Made by a program: the position numbers and the translations under genes. From positions 1 to 27,971 of IMG/VR virus record IMGVR_UViG_3300032332_000642: a DNA stretch of 27,971 nucleotides; one strand, given 5' to 3'. The notes beneath the pieces are model-generated. The model was given only the letters and a program-made list of their open reading frames with translations, was not told where the DNA came from and made no database searches. Shown piece by piece: positions 9,041 to 18,535 of this stretch. Every line of letters starts with the position of its first letter. Positions within the stretch are counted from its first letter, which is position 1. The stretch comes from a virus. Lineage: Duplodnaviria > Caudoviricetes.

Positions 9041-9208
9041 ATGAACTGGATTACCGAAAACTTCGCAAATATCATGGCTGTGGTCGGTGCTGTTGTCGTG
9101 TTGGCTCGCATCATTGTTAAGCTGACACCTACGCCTGCGGATGATGGCGTTCTTGAAAAGATCGTCTCCGTCCTAAAGACCCTCGGCCTTCATATCAACG
9201 ACAAGTGA
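9041..9208 (+). CDS. Putative holin (55 aa)
   Basis: MNWITENFANIMAVVGAVVVLARIIVKLTPTPADDGVLEKIVSVLKTLGLHINDK*: TM helix plus TPTPxDD; first gene of the lysis cassette. Confidence 0.65.
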   Translation: MNWITENFANIMAVVGAVVVLARIIVKLTPTPADDGVLEKIVSVLKTLGLHINDK

Positions 9209-9366
9209 TTCGACTTCTCGGAGCCGTCATTGACCTCGTCTTGAGGCTGATGCCGACACCGAAGGAACAAAAGGATTCGGCATCCAAGAAAAAGAGGGAT
9301 GAGAATCAGGATAGAATCAATCGTGCTTTCACTGGCACTAGCGGTATCCCTTGGTGGGTGCGCTAG
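9205..9366 (+). CDS. Putative i-spanin (Rz-like, 53 aa)
   Basis: GTGA coupling; hydrophobic N-terminus IRLLGAVIDLVLRLMP followed by a charged helix; overlaps the lipoprotein gene in another frame. Confidence 0.5.
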   Translation: MIRLLGAVIDLVLRLMPTPKEQKDSASKKKRDENQDRINRAFTGTSGIPWWVR

Positions 9367-9532
9367 TACAGGTGCGAGATATCTCCCTCCAGACACAGTA
9401 ACTTTCCTTACAACCGACTATCGGTTTAAGGCTGTGATGAATAGTGGGGAGGATGTGAAAGGATGGGCAAGAGATGCAATCTCAACAATCAATGAGCTTC
9501 AATACCAGCTCGAACTCGAGCGAAACAAGTGA
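9299..9532 (+). CDS. Putative o-spanin (Rz1-like lipoprotein)
   Basis: Signal peptide with lipobox SLALAVSLGG-C; overlapped arrangement next to the endolysin. Confidence 0.6.
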   Translation: MRIRIESIVLSLALAVSLGGCASTGARYLPPDTVTFLTTDYRFKAVMNSGEDVKGWARDAISTINELQYQLELERNK

Positions 9533-10053
9533 TCACTCGTGCGAAGATAGAGTCCATATATCAGGATATCCTCAAGGGATTAGAGCCTACCTTCGCAGCT
9601 CGGGTGGCTGCATGGAGGGATGCGGTTATTGCGGGCGGTGTGATTCCGTATGTTTACTGCGGTCACAGGACACCACAGGAGCAGCAGGATCTGTATGAGC
9701 AGGGTAGGACAAAGGCTGGGCGCATCGTCACAAATGCGATGGGCTTGCCTGTGCCCCAGAGCTTTCATTGCTACGGAAGGGCGATTGACTGGGTTCCCGT
9801 ATTAAAGGTTAAAGAGGACGGATACGAGGCAGACTGGGGAAACATCCATAAGTACGGCATGGGGATTGAGAACGGGAAACTCTATAACCTTCAGGCACTT
9901 ACATGGGAGCGTCCCCATCTGCAGGACGGGTACTTCAAGGATTGGAGAGATCTGGCGAGGCTCGAGCGAAACGAGCCAAAGCAGGAGCCAGTCGTACAGA
10001 AGACCCAAAAGAAAACTAAGATAAAAGCAGGGCTGATACCCCGCCAAAAATAA
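9529..10053 (+). CDS. Endolysin, M15 family L-Ala-D-Glu peptidase-like
   Basis: GHRTPQEQQDLYEQGRT, VTNA, SFHCYGRAID and WERPHLQ zinc motifs as in CwlK/Ply500-type peptidases. Confidence 0.9.
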   Translation: MITRAKIESIYQDILKGLEPTFAARVAAWRDAVIAGGVIPYVYCGHRTPQEQQDLYEQGRTKAGRIVTNAMGLPVPQSFHCYGRAIDWVPVLKVKEDGYEADWGNIHKYGMGIENGKLYNLQALTWERPHLQDGYFKDWRDLARLERNEPKQEPVVQKTQKKTKIKAGLIPRQK

Positions 10054-10054
10054 T

Positions 10055-10104
10055 AACTGTTTAGCAGTTGACAGTAGCCAGTTGAGCTGTAGCACTTTCC
10101 ACAA
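10055..10104 (+). promoter_or_regulatory. Operator-like palindrome overlapping TTGACA promoter
   Basis: aactgtttagcagtt (10055-10069, perfect AACTG-N5-CAGTT); TTGACA at 10068-10073; -10 box degenerate. Confidence 0.5.
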
Positions 10105-10449
10105 GTGGCGACACTATACAAATTCATCAGGGCTTTTTCCGCAGCTTGGCGTGTCTTTTCTTTTTCTAATTCATGGCAAGCGAAGTGGATCGATGAAGAC
10201 CGTACCGCACTTGTTCAATTTCTAAACTCTAGGTCTGGCGCAAGACTGAAAATACTTTTGCTTGGATACTGCGCTCTTCGGGATGCCCGAGCCTGTATGG
10301 CTGGTGGCAATCCGTTTGAGGCTGGTAAGTCGATTGGCTGTCGAGAGATGGTCAGTTACCTAGACTATCTAGGTGCCAGTGATCTGAGTAAAGATTCCGA
10401 GCCTGCCAGCGAAGGGGACATGGCAGATCTCGGTCATTTAGTCCCCTAA
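10105..10449 (+). CDS. Hypothetical head-module protein
   Basis: 114 aa helical ORF directly before the scaffold gene. Confidence 0.7.
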   Translation: MATLYKFIRAFSAAWRVFSFSNSWQAKWIDEDRTALVQFLNSRSGARLKILLLGYCALRDARACMAGGNPFEAGKSIGCREMVSYLDYLGASDLSKDSEPASEGDMADLGHLVP

Positions 10450-10474
10450 ACTTCGGGAAAGAAAGGACTCCGTT

Positions 10475-11443
10475 ATGTCCAATGAAGCAGTATTAACCGA
10501 ACCAGCAACGACACCTCAATCGGGTGAAACGAGCGGGGCAGGTAAGAGTATTGATGCTGAGTTACAGGAACTCGGGAAACTAGCAGCACAGGTCGATGGC
10601 TTTTCCGAACCCAAGGTCGAAGCACAAGCTCCCCGTAAAACAGACGGACTCCCGTCTGCGGGTCAGAAGGAAACGGCTGAAAAAGCCACTCGTCGCACAG
10701 CATCCGCAACAGATTCTGAAAGCGAAGATCCAATCACCAAGGAAATCAAAAGCCTTGATGTTGGTGAAGAACGCCAGAAAAGTCGGGATCGTCTCGGCAA
10801 TCTCTGGGAGCAGTTCAATCAAAAGCAGAAGGAGTTTGCGGAGCAACGGGCAAAACTGGAACAGGAGGTTGAGCAACTTAGAGCTGCTCCTCCTCGTAAT
10901 GCCCGTGAAGCCTACACACCAGACGAACTCCGTCAGTACGCTAAGGACTGGGAGAACGAAGGTCGTGATGATCTAGCTGCCGAAGCTCGCAAAAAAGCAA
11001 ATACTATCGAGGAGGATGACCTTCGCAGGTCTCGTCTCCAAGCCGATCAGCAAGCTAAATTCGAGAGTCGTGTACGCCAGAACTGGGACAGTCTTGTAAA
11101 AGAGAACCCAGACCTAACGGATAAGTCTTCTGATCTATATCAGACCACTATGTCCTATATGGGACATCAAGATCCTATGGTGAAGGACTTCCTGAATCGT
11201 CATCCAGACGGTCTTGTCCTTGCCAATGCGCTGGCAAAGCTGCAACTCGCTGGGGAGTCTGCTGCGGATGTTGTGAAAGAGAACGAGCGGTTAAAGGCCG
11301 AAAATCAAAAACTGAAAGGAAGAATGTCACTTGGATCTTCCAATCCTTCTGCGCCTATGGGCGACAAGAAGATTACTGATATGACCACAGCGGAAGCTGA
11401 GTCTTATGTCAGGAACTTGGCGATGCAAGCTGACGGCTTCTAA
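10475..11443 (+). CDS. Capsid scaffolding protein
   Basis: Acidic, coiled-coil, disordered N-terminus; directly upstream of the major capsid gene; AAAGGA SD. Confidence 0.8.
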   Translation: MSNEAVLTEPATTPQSGETSGAGKSIDAELQELGKLAAQVDGFSEPKVEAQAPRKTDGLPSAGQKETAEKATRRTASATDSESEDPITKEIKSLDVGEERQKSRDRLGNLWEQFNQKQKEFAEQRAKLEQEVEQLRAAPPRNAREAYTPDELRQYAKDWENEGRDDLAAEARKKANTIEEDDLRRSRLQADQQAKFESRVRQNWDSLVKENPDLTDKSSDLYQTTMSYMGHQDPMVKDFLNRHPDGLVLANALAKLQLAGESAADVVKENERLKAENQKLKGRMSLGSSNPSAPMGDKKITDMTTAEAESYVRNLAMQADGF

Positions 11444-11467
11444 TCAGTTCTATTGAGGTAAAACAAT

Positions 11468-12520
11468 ATGGCTATGATGACTCAAAGTAACCCAGCTTCG
11501 TTGGGCGATCAGTTTCAGGCTTTGTTCTCCAAAAAACTTCTGGACGGCGTTGCTGAAACGCTCGTTCTGAACAATTACGGAACGAAGTATGACCTGCCCA
11601 CCAACACTGGGAACAACAGCATCACCATGTTCCAGTGGAATACCACAGCCGATGGCACTAATGTGAGCAATCTGACCGAAGGAACCCCGATTTCATCTTA
11701 TCGTGAAGTTGGACTCCGTAAGATCAATGTTCCCCTTACGCAAGTCGGTGAAGCACTCAAGGTCACAGATATCCTTAACTACAGCCAGCTGTTCTCAGCC
11801 CTGCAGGAAGGTATCCGTGCCTTGACGCTTGATGCGTCTCTCCACTTGGACACCGTTGTTCGTAATGCCCTTCAGGGTGTGACCGCAGCTGCTGGTATCG
11901 CAAATACTATCGCAGCAGCCCGCACTCAGGACATCTACGGCAATACCGTCAGCAAGATCTATGCTGGTGCAGCGACTGATTTCGCTACACTCGCAACCGC
12001 TGGTGCAAGCTCTACCCCTGTTTACCTGACCCCTTCCGACCTTTTGGATGCAGCTACGCTCATCCGCTTGGATAAGAATGTCAGCTTAAACGAAGAGTTT
12101 AACGCTATCGTTGATCCGACTGTCGCTGGTGATCTGCTCAAGGATTCTACCGTTGTTAACATCGCACAATACAATACCAAAACTGGTGTCTCTGACATTG
12201 TCAAAGGCCAGCTCGGTCAAATCTATGGTGTGAATGTGCAACAGCACACGAATGCTTGGAAAGAATCCACTGAAGGAACTTATTCTTCATCTGGACACAC
12301 GGTCTCGACATATGTTCTTACGAATGGTGCCTTTGGTACGGTCAACTACGGTGGCCAGTCCCCTTACGCTCCTTCCGTTGTTATCGTGGATAAACCCGAT
12401 AAATCTGATATTCTCAACCAGAATATCTATGCTGGATGGAAAGCGCATTGGGCTGTTCAAGTGTTGAACGCTAAGAAGGCTCGTGTTCTAAAGAGCAGAA
12501 CTCGCACGATCAGCTCGTAA
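11468..12520 (+). CDS. Major capsid protein (N4-gp56-like family)
   Basis: 350 aa; DLPTNTGNNSITM, LTEGTP, GQLGQIYGV and DKSDILNQ..YAGWK motifs; GAGG SD; followed by a terminator. Confidence 0.9.
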   Translation: MAMMTQSNPASLGDQFQALFSKKLLDGVAETLVLNNYGTKYDLPTNTGNNSITMFQWNTTADGTNVSNLTEGTPISSYREVGLRKINVPLTQVGEALKVTDILNYSQLFSALQEGIRALTLDASLHLDTVVRNALQGVTAAAGIANTIAAARTQDIYGNTVSKIYAGAATDFATLATAGASSTPVYLTPSDLLDAATLIRLDKNVSLNEEFNAIVDPTVAGDLLKDSTVVNIAQYNTKTGVSDIVKGQLGQIYGVNVQQHTNAWKESTEGTYSSSGHTVSTYVLTNGAFGTVNYGGQSPYAPSVVIVDKPDKSDILNQNIYAGWKAHWAVQVLNAKKARVLKSRTRTISS

Positions 12521-12568
12521 CTCTTTAACTAGAGTCGTGACTTGGGGTACGTCCCCGCAAGTCTAGAG

Positions 12569-12598
12569 AACCCCCCAGAAATGGGGGGTTTTCTATTT
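12569..12598 (+). terminator. Rho-independent terminator after major capsid gene
   Basis: AACCCCCCA-GAAA-TGGGGGGTT then TTCTATTT; a second hairpin (gacttgggg...cccc..caagtc) lies just upstream. Confidence 0.85.
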
Positions 12599-12630
12599 AC
12601 AGGATTAGCTATAACTGCTAAACAGATGGC
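12596..12630 (+). promoter_or_regulatory. Sigma70-like promoter with overlapping operator-like site
   Basis: TTTACA, 17 nt, TAAACA, 6 nt, ATG 12631; aactgctaaacagat at 12613-12627. Confidence 0.5.
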
Positions 12631-12918
12631 ATGCCAGCATACGAATATCGTGAGGCTGACGGGTCTAAGACCATCAGAGTTCTTCCAGTGGAAGACAGGG
12701 ACAAGTTCCCCAACAGGGTTACCGTACCCTCTAGCATTGCTTTTATCGGGACTGCCTATGACCCCACAATTACCGCAAACAAGATCAGGGCAGGATACAA
12801 GGCCATCGAATCCAAGGGTGGATTCATCAAGACCCCAAGGCGTGTGTTTGAAAAGGCTTGGGGTAGCCACGACACTAAGACGGTTATGCGTAAGGGGACG
12901 GCAGTAAATGTCGTATAA
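12631..12918 (+). CDS. Hypothetical protein (FmdB-like N-terminus lacking Cys)
   Basis: MPAYEYR start resembles MPxYxYxC FmdB-type phage proteins. Confidence 0.65.
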   Translation: MPAYEYREADGSKTIRVLPVEDRDKFPNRVTVPSSIAFIGTAYDPTITANKIRAGYKAIESKGGFIKTPRRVFEKAWGSHDTKTVMRKGTAVNVV

Positions 12919-13174
12919 AAGCCCAGCTTGGCAGCGCAAGGAGGGCAAAGATCCATATGGTGGACTTAACGAGGCTGGCAGGCGTAGCTACAATCGGGCT
13001 ACAGGAGGCAATCTAAAGGCACCAGCACCTAATCCAAAGACCGACAGCGATAGAGAAAGAAGAAAGGCTTTTTGCGCCAGAATGCTTGGCATGAAGAAAA
13101 AGCTGACATCTAGCTCGACGGCCAAAGATCCAGATTCACGAATCAATAAATCGCTGAGGGCTTGGAACTGCTAG
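12908..13174 (+). CDS. Conserved basic phage protein (DUF6321-like)
   Basis: AWQRKEGK.P.GGLN..GR.SY...GGNLKAP...RRKAFCARM.GMKKKLTS..TAKDPDSRINKSLRAWNC; family recalled, not searched. Confidence 0.8.
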   Translation: MSYKSPAWQRKEGKDPYGGLNEAGRRSYNRATGGNLKAPAPNPKTDSDRERRKAFCARMLGMKKKLTSSSTAKDPDSRINKSLRAWNC

Positions 13175-13576
13175 GTGAAAGAGGGCAAGAAGTTCGGCGA
13201 GCTGGCCGAACAGATGTTCTGTATTGAGGTTCTCAAGAGGGGCGGGGTGCCCTGTAAGCCTATCGGAGACTCACAGCCATACGATTGGCTGGTTGTTTCA
13301 AAGGGTAAGATCTACAAGGTTCAGGTTAAAAGTAGCTGGATGACAGTGTTAAACAGGGTTGGATCTAGGTCTACAAGTAGGTGCAGGGTATGCGTAAGCC
13401 ATAAGACATCCAAGAAGGCCATATATAAAAAACATGATATTGATCATATGGCCATATGGCTTGAGCCGTTTGGCTCTTGGATGATTATGCCAATAGCTAA
13501 ACTGGGGCGAAAGAAGACCATGCAGGTACGGAGGGCTGATTGCGAAAGCCCCAGCTGGTCTCTTTTAGGTTTATAA
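13175..13576 (+). CDS. PD-(D/E)XK endonuclease (PDDEXK_5 / I-Ssp6803I-like)
   Basis: GELAE...PIGDSQPYDWLV...YKVQVKS...Y...DIDHMAIW. Confidence 0.8.
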   Translation: MKEGKKFGELAEQMFCIEVLKRGGVPCKPIGDSQPYDWLVVSKGKIYKVQVKSSWMTVLNRVGSRSTSRCRVCVSHKTSKKAIYKKHDIDHMAIWLEPFGSWMIMPIAKLGRKKTMQVRRADCESPSWSLLGL

Positions 13577-13585
13577 TAACTGCAC

Positions 13586-13622
13586 TTGACTGCTAAGAAG
13601 CTACCAATAGAGTACCCAAGAG
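13586..13622 (+). promoter_or_regulatory. Sigma70-like promoter
   Basis: TTGACT, 16 nt, TAGAGT, 9 nt, ATG 13623. Confidence 0.5.
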
Positions 13623-14588
13623 ATGCCGAATTTTACCAAAGGGAAGACATTTACCTCAACTGAGGAGCTGACAAACACGAAGCTCCATCAGCTTGTTGAA
13701 GATGCGAGCATGAACGTGACGGCCATAACAAGCCTCACAGCTCTTGCCGATCCAGTTGCAGATACCGATACGCTTCCAATCGCTGATGACAGCGCAACTG
13801 CGATTCGCAAAGTTGCTGCTTCCAATTTTCTAAAGAAGAACGCCTCGGCAGTCTTTGATGCGGGTACGACAAGAATTACTGGAGTGGCCACGCCAACAGT
13901 TGGTTCAGATGCAGCAACCAAAACATATGCCGACACAAAGGTTTCCAAGACTGGCGATACCCTGTCTGGTTCGATTGACATGGGTTCCAACAAGATTACT
14001 AGCCTTGGCACTCCAACTGCTGGCACTGATGCTGCAACTAAAACATATGCAGATACGAAGGTATCCAAGTCTGGTGACACCATGTCTGGTGTCCTCGACA
14101 TGGGTTCAAGCAAGATCACAAACCTTGGGACACCAACCGCATCTGGAGATGCAACTACAAAAGCGTATGTTGACTCGATTGCTGTAGTCGCTGGGAATCT
14201 TCCAAATGTAAACGCATCAAATAATGGTTCGCTGTTAAGCGTAAGCGGTGGTGCTTGGTCTACGGTTGCAACAGATGCTGTAAGCACGGCACAGATTCAG
14301 CCACTAGCTGTAACTGGTGCAAAGATGGAGAACAGTGGCGTGGCAGCTGGAACTTACGGTGGTTCTGGTGCTATTCCGCAGATTACGATTGATGCCAAGG
14401 GTCGGATCACAAGTGCGCTCGCCTTTTCTGTTGGAGCTGCTGGTGGCATGTTTTTCGAGAACGATATTACGCTCAACTCAAACTACACTATAACGGCAAG
14501 TAAAAATGCAATGACTGCTGGTGCGATTAATATCGCAGACGGCGTAACCGCAACAGTTCCAAGCGGGTCAACTTGGACAATAGTTTAA
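13623..14588 (+). CDS. Tail fibre protein (proximal)
   Basis: Three ITx[LV][GA]TPTxxxDAxTKxY[AV]D repeats; AGTYG..AIPQITIDAKGRITSA; C-terminal NAMTAGAINIADGVTATVPSGSTWTIV. Confidence 0.85.
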   Translation: MPNFTKGKTFTSTEELTNTKLHQLVEDASMNVTAITSLTALADPVADTDTLPIADDSATAIRKVAASNFLKKNASAVFDAGTTRITGVATPTVGSDAATKTYADTKVSKTGDTLSGSIDMGSNKITSLGTPTAGTDAATKTYADTKVSKSGDTMSGVLDMGSSKITNLGTPTASGDATTKAYVDSIAVVAGNLPNVNASNNGSLLSVSGGAWSTVATDAVSTAQIQPLAVTGAKMENSGVAAGTYGGSGAIPQITIDAKGRITSALAFSVGAAGGMFFENDITLNSNYTITASKNAMTAGAINIADGVTATVPSGSTWTIV

Positions 14589-14589
14589 T

Positions 14590-15681
14590 ATGCCAATCTC
14601 AATTAACGGAACTGGAACGATTTCTGGAATCTCTGCTGGGGGGCTTCCGAGCGGTATTGTTACGGGAGACACAATTTCAAACGGTTCTATTTCCACAGCA
14701 GACATTGCTGACGGATCTATTACCGCACCAAAGCTGGGATACCAAAATTTTAATTTCCGCAACCGCATCATCAATGGTGATATGCGGATCGACCAGAGGA
14801 ATGCGGGAGCGAGTTCTGTGCCAGCAACTGATAGCTATACATACACCTCGATTGATAGGTATTTTACAAGCGTAAACACACCCGCTACATCAACTGCAAC
14901 TCGATCAACAAGTGCGCCAGCAACATTTTTATATTCATTAAAAATAGGAAGAAGTGGGTCAGGAACCGCTGGATTAAATACACTTGGGCAAGTTATTGAA
15001 ACAGATAATTCTAAAGACTTGGCTGGGTCTTCAGTCACATTATCCTTTTGGGCGAAAATTGGTGCTTCTGCAACTTTTTCCTCACTAAATGCCTATGTTT
15101 ACAGCGGGACAACTACGGATCAATCAGCATCATCGCTTCGAGGCGGGTGGACAGGACAAGCTACTGTTGCAAGCACAACAGTAACATTAACTACTACTTG
15201 GACAAAGTTTTCAGTTACTGGAGCCGTAGGATCTTCCGCATTACAATTAGCTGCTCAATTTGTTTTCACAACAGTAGGTGCTGCTGGTGCAGACGACAAT
15301 CTCTACATCACAGGAGTCCAACTCGAAGCAGGCTCAACCGCAACCGACTTCGAGCGCAGGCCGATTGGTACGGAGTTGGCTTTGTGTCAGAGGTATTATG
15401 AGCAAGTTGGTGGTAATACTGGAGACTTAAACTCTATAGCGTTGAAGGGCTATCAGCTTGTTGGGTCGTATTTAGCAAATCAATATATGTTCCCAGTTCA
15501 AAAGCGAGTTGCCCCAACAGCGACCGTAAGCGGAACATTTACGGCTGTAAATTGTGGGCAACCTACTGTATTAAATAGTGATACGAAAACTTGGTCATTT
15601 CACACGCTGGTTTCTGCTACTAACGCAATAGTCTTATACTCAAATAATTCTGGTTTAATAACATTTTCTGCGGAGCTATAA
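14590..15681 (+). CDS. Tail fibre/receptor-binding protein with carbohydrate-binding-like module, copy 1
   Basis: [16 protein letters not shown]...VTLSFWAK...[31 protein letters not shown]...SAEL. Confidence 0.8.
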   Translation: MPISINGTGTISGISAGGLPSGIVTGDTISNGSISTADIADGSITAPKLGYQNFNFRNRIINGDMRIDQRNAGASSVPATDSYTYTSIDRYFTSVNTPATSTATRSTSAPATFLYSLKIGRSGSGTAGLNTLGQVIETDNSKDLAGSSVTLSFWAKIGASATFSSLNAYVYSGTTTDQSASSLRGGWTGQATVASTTVTLTTTWTKFSVTGAVGSSALQLAAQFVFTTVGAAGADDNLYITGVQLEAGSTATDFERRPIGTELALCQRYYEQVGGNTGDLNSIALKGYQLVGSYLANQYMFPVQKRVAPTATVSGTFTAVNCGQPTVLNSDTKTWSFHTLVSATNAIVLYSNNSGLITFSAEL

Positions 15682-15682
15682 T

Positions 15683-15838
15683 ATGTATAAACTAACGCAA
15701 TATAACTCTGTTGTCCGATTGCTAGACAACGCCTTCATCCCATTCGACCCAGCCAACACCGACTACCAAGCCTACCTAAAATGGCTTGCTGAGGGCAATA
15801 CACCCCTCCCAGCTGACCAAGAAGGAGAAACAAAATGA
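15683..15838 (+). CDS. Small tail-fibre-associated (chaperone-like) protein, copy 1 (51 aa)
   Basis: [51 protein letters not shown]; not in ORF track. Confidence 0.8.
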   Translation: MYKLTQYNSVVRLLDNAFIPFDPANTDYQAYLKWLAEGNTPLPADQEGETK

Positions 15839-17223
15839 GCCTACTAAAAGCCAATGGCGTACAGTTTGGCCAATCTGGCACAGCTACAAACAACTTAACG
15901 CTCTCTGTACCAGCCTCACCCGATGGCACGATCAAGCTGGCGAGGGGCAATAGCGGTGCGACAACAGCTGATATTCTTAGTGTTAATTCGAGTGGTCAGG
16001 TTGGGATTGGGACTGCTTCTCCAACCGCAAATCTTCACGTTGTAAAAACAACATCTCAAACGGATATTGATTCGGCAACGCAAGCTGTTTCGATTATAAA
16101 CACAGCATCAGACACAAGCGGTAATCTTACAGGAATTAGGCTCAGGCAAGACAATGTAACAAATGTGGCTCAAGGCTATATTGGATTATCAAGCACAGGA
16201 AATCTTGCAACAAGAGCAAACTTAATTATAGCCACCCCAAATACATCTGGAAATTCCACAGAACGCCTCCGCATTAATTCGAGTGGGCTGGTTGGGATTG
16301 GGACAACGAGTCCTGCGAATTTACTACATGTTCGTAAAGCAAGTGGCGGTGATACTGCTCAATTTGAGGGACAAGGCGCATCTGATTCTAAAATTAATAT
16401 AACTAATACAGGAGTATCAAATACATATCTTGGCTTCAATAATTCTGGTTCTACAAACGCTGAAGGCATTGCAACTGGTGTGTCGTATCTTGCAAATGCC
16501 AATGGTTTCCCATTGGCTTTTAGCACATCCAACGCCGAACGCCTCCGAATTGATGCGAGTGGGAATTTGTTGGTTGGGAAAACATCACCAAGCACATCAA
16601 CTATTGGATTCCAGTTTGATTTAGCTAACCAGAAGATTGCTTCTGGGGCTAATGGGGGTGCATCAGCGTTTTTTAATAGAAATGGTGATGATGGAATGAT
16701 AGTTCAAATTGCACAAGATGGAACTGTTGAGGGAACAATATCAGTAAGTGGAACAACTGTTTCATATAACGGAGGACATCTTTCAAGGTTCTCGCAGTTG
16801 CCATCTGGACAGCGAGATCCAGCAATTAAAAAAGGAACTGTATTATCCAATCTTGACGCAATGTGTGAATGGAGAGATGCGGATGGGAACCTTCTCCCTA
16901 ACGAGCAGTTAAACAAAGTTAAAATTTCAGACGTTGAAGGCGATTTGAATACAGCAGGCGTGTTTGTTAATTGGGACGATGACGATCAAGACAATCCATA
17001 CGATCTGAATATGGCAATGACAGGAGATATGATTATCCGTATTGCCCAAGGGACAAGCGTTAATCGTGGTGACTTGTTAATGTCTGCTGGCGATGGAACT
17101 GCCAAACCTCAAGGAGATGATATTATCCGATCCAAGACCATTGCTAAAGTAACCTCAACTAATGTTACCTGTACATACGAGGATGGAAGTTATTGCGTCC
17201 CCTGTGTGTTGATGGCCTGCTAA
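15835..17223 (+). CDS. Tail fibre with putative C-terminal intramolecular chaperone domain
   Basis: Repeats of ERLRIxxSGxVGIGTxSP; C-terminal [30 protein letters not shown]; AAGGAG SD. Confidence 0.8.
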   Translation: MSLLKANGVQFGQSGTATNNLTLSVPASPDGTIKLARGNSGATTADILSVNSSGQVGIGTASPTANLHVVKTTSQTDIDSATQAVSIINTASDTSGNLTGIRLRQDNVTNVAQGYIGLSSTGNLATRANLIIATPNTSGNSTERLRINSSGLVGIGTTSPANLLHVRKASGGDTAQFEGQGASDSKINITNTGVSNTYLGFNNSGSTNAEGIATGVSYLANANGFPLAFSTSNAERLRIDASGNLLVGKTSPSTSTIGFQFDLANQKIASGANGGASAFFNRNGDDGMIVQIAQDGTVEGTISVSGTTVSYNGGHLSRFSQLPSGQRDPAIKKGTVLSNLDAMCEWRDADGNLLPNEQLNKVKISDVEGDLNTAGVFVNWDDDDQDNPYDLNMAMTGDMIIRIAQGTSVNRGDLLMSAGDGTAKPQGDDIIRSKTIAKVTSTNVTCTYEDGSYCVPCVLMAC

Positions 17224-17249
17224 ATGAACCTAACCGCACTGGAGAACAA

Positions 17250-18365
17250 ATGAGCATCTCAATCAACGGCACGAACGGCGTAACCTTCAATGACGGCAGT
17301 CTACAGAAAACCTCTGCTTTGACTGGCTTCCGCAACCGTATCATCAATGGTGATATGCGGATTGATCAGAGGAATGCTGGGGCGAGCATTACACAAACAA
17401 CTGCAAATGACTTTGTTGTTGATAGGTGGAGCGTGACTGGATCTATTGCATCAAAATTCACGGCACAAAGAAATGCTGGTTCAGTAACTCCTCCATCTGG
17501 ATACACGAACTATATTGGGATAACCTCTCTTTCAAGTTATAGCGTGGGAGCAGGCGACTATTTTAGAATAATGCAACCAATAGAAGGATTTAATGTATCT
17601 GATTTTAGCTTTGGGACAGCCTCTGCATTGCCAATAACACTATCTTTTTGGGTTAGGGCATCAATTACTGGAACGTATGGTGGGGCTATATCAAACGCAT
17701 CCCAAGTACGAGGATACGCATTTACATATTCAGTAGGCAGTTCTAATACATGGGAGAAAAAGACAATTACAGTTTCTGGCGATACATCTGGAACATGGTC
17801 GACTGACAATGGTGTTGGTATATATTTAATAATTGGACTTGGTGCTGGGTCAAATTTCTCCGCAACAAGTGGATCTTGGTTAACTCAAAATTATATAAAT
17901 ACGGCCACAGGAGCAACCAGCGTTGTCGGCACAAACGGAGCAACCTTCTATATCACAGGTGTCCAACTCGAAGCAGGCTCAACCGCAACAGATTTTGAGC
18001 GTAGACCGATTGGGACGGAGTTGGCGTTGTGCCAGAGGTATCTACAAACTTGGGGAGGCAATACACTTTACGAACGAGTTGCATTTGGCTATGCAGTATC
18101 TTCCGTAAATGTGGAGGTTTTTTTACCTCGTTTCTCTGTTCCAATGCGCACGGCTCCTTCTTTGAATGCAAACTCACCATCAAATTTTAGAGTTTCTGAT
18201 CCTTCTGGCAGCATTGTCTGTACTTCTATTTCTATTTTGCAATCAGCACCAAATTCTTGTGGAATCCTAGCACAAGTTGCATCTGGGCTAACAACATACA
18301 GGGCAATGTCCCTAGACACCAATAATACATTGTCAGCACTTCTTAGTTTAGGAGCAGAACTATGA
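17250..18365 (+). CDS. Tail fibre/receptor-binding protein, copy 2 (paralog of 14590-15681)
   Basis: Start MSISINGT at 17250 with GGAG SD (compare MPISINGT); same anchor motifs; ends GAEL. Confidence 0.8.
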   Translation: MSISINGTNGVTFNDGSLQKTSALTGFRNRIINGDMRIDQRNAGASITQTTANDFVVDRWSVTGSIASKFTAQRNAGSVTPPSGYTNYIGITSLSSYSVGAGDYFRIMQPIEGFNVSDFSFGTASALPITLSFWVRASITGTYGGAISNASQVRGYAFTYSVGSSNTWEKKTITVSGDTSGTWSTDNGVGIYLIIGLGAGSNFSATSGSWLTQNYINTATGATSVVGTNGATFYITGVQLEAGSTATDFERRPIGTELALCQRYLQTWGGNTLYERVAFGYAVSSVNVEVFLPRFSVPMRTAPSLNANSPSNFRVSDPSGSIVCTSISILQSAPNSCGILAQVASGLTTYRAMSLDTNNTLSALLSLGAEL

Positions 18366-18535
18366 TAATTACTTATAGACTTTGCAAAAACATTTACGGA
18401 GTCATTGAAACAGTATTTCGTTCTGATGGTTGGTCTATCCCTTTCGACCCAGCCAACACCGACTATCAAGCCTACTTAAAATGGCTTGCCGAAGGCAACA
18501 CTCCGCTTCCTGCTGACGAACCCAGCGAGGGATAA
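18362..18535 (+). CDS. Small tail-fibre-associated protein, copy 2 (57 aa)
   Basis: [57 protein letters not shown]; ATGA coupling. Confidence 0.8.
   Translation: MIITYRLCKNIYGVIETVFRSDGWSIPFDPANTDYQAYLKWLAEGNTPLPADEPSEG

Larger units (their letters stand above)
14755..18517 (+). repeat. Three dispersed direct-repeat pairs between the two fibre cassettes
   Basis: 14755-14813/17328-17386, 15302-15396/17947-18041 and 15737-15817/18437-18517; differences are mostly synonymous. Confidence 0.9.

Noticed and set aside
12542-12948. ORFs 12542-12907 (+) and 12529-12948 (-)
   Set aside because: They span the terminator and overlap the better gene 12631-12918.
14755-18517. Diversity-generating retroelement or invertible shufflon
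   Set aside because: Repeat differences are synonymous rather than adenine-specific, repeats are direct, and no reverse transcriptase or invertase is in the window.
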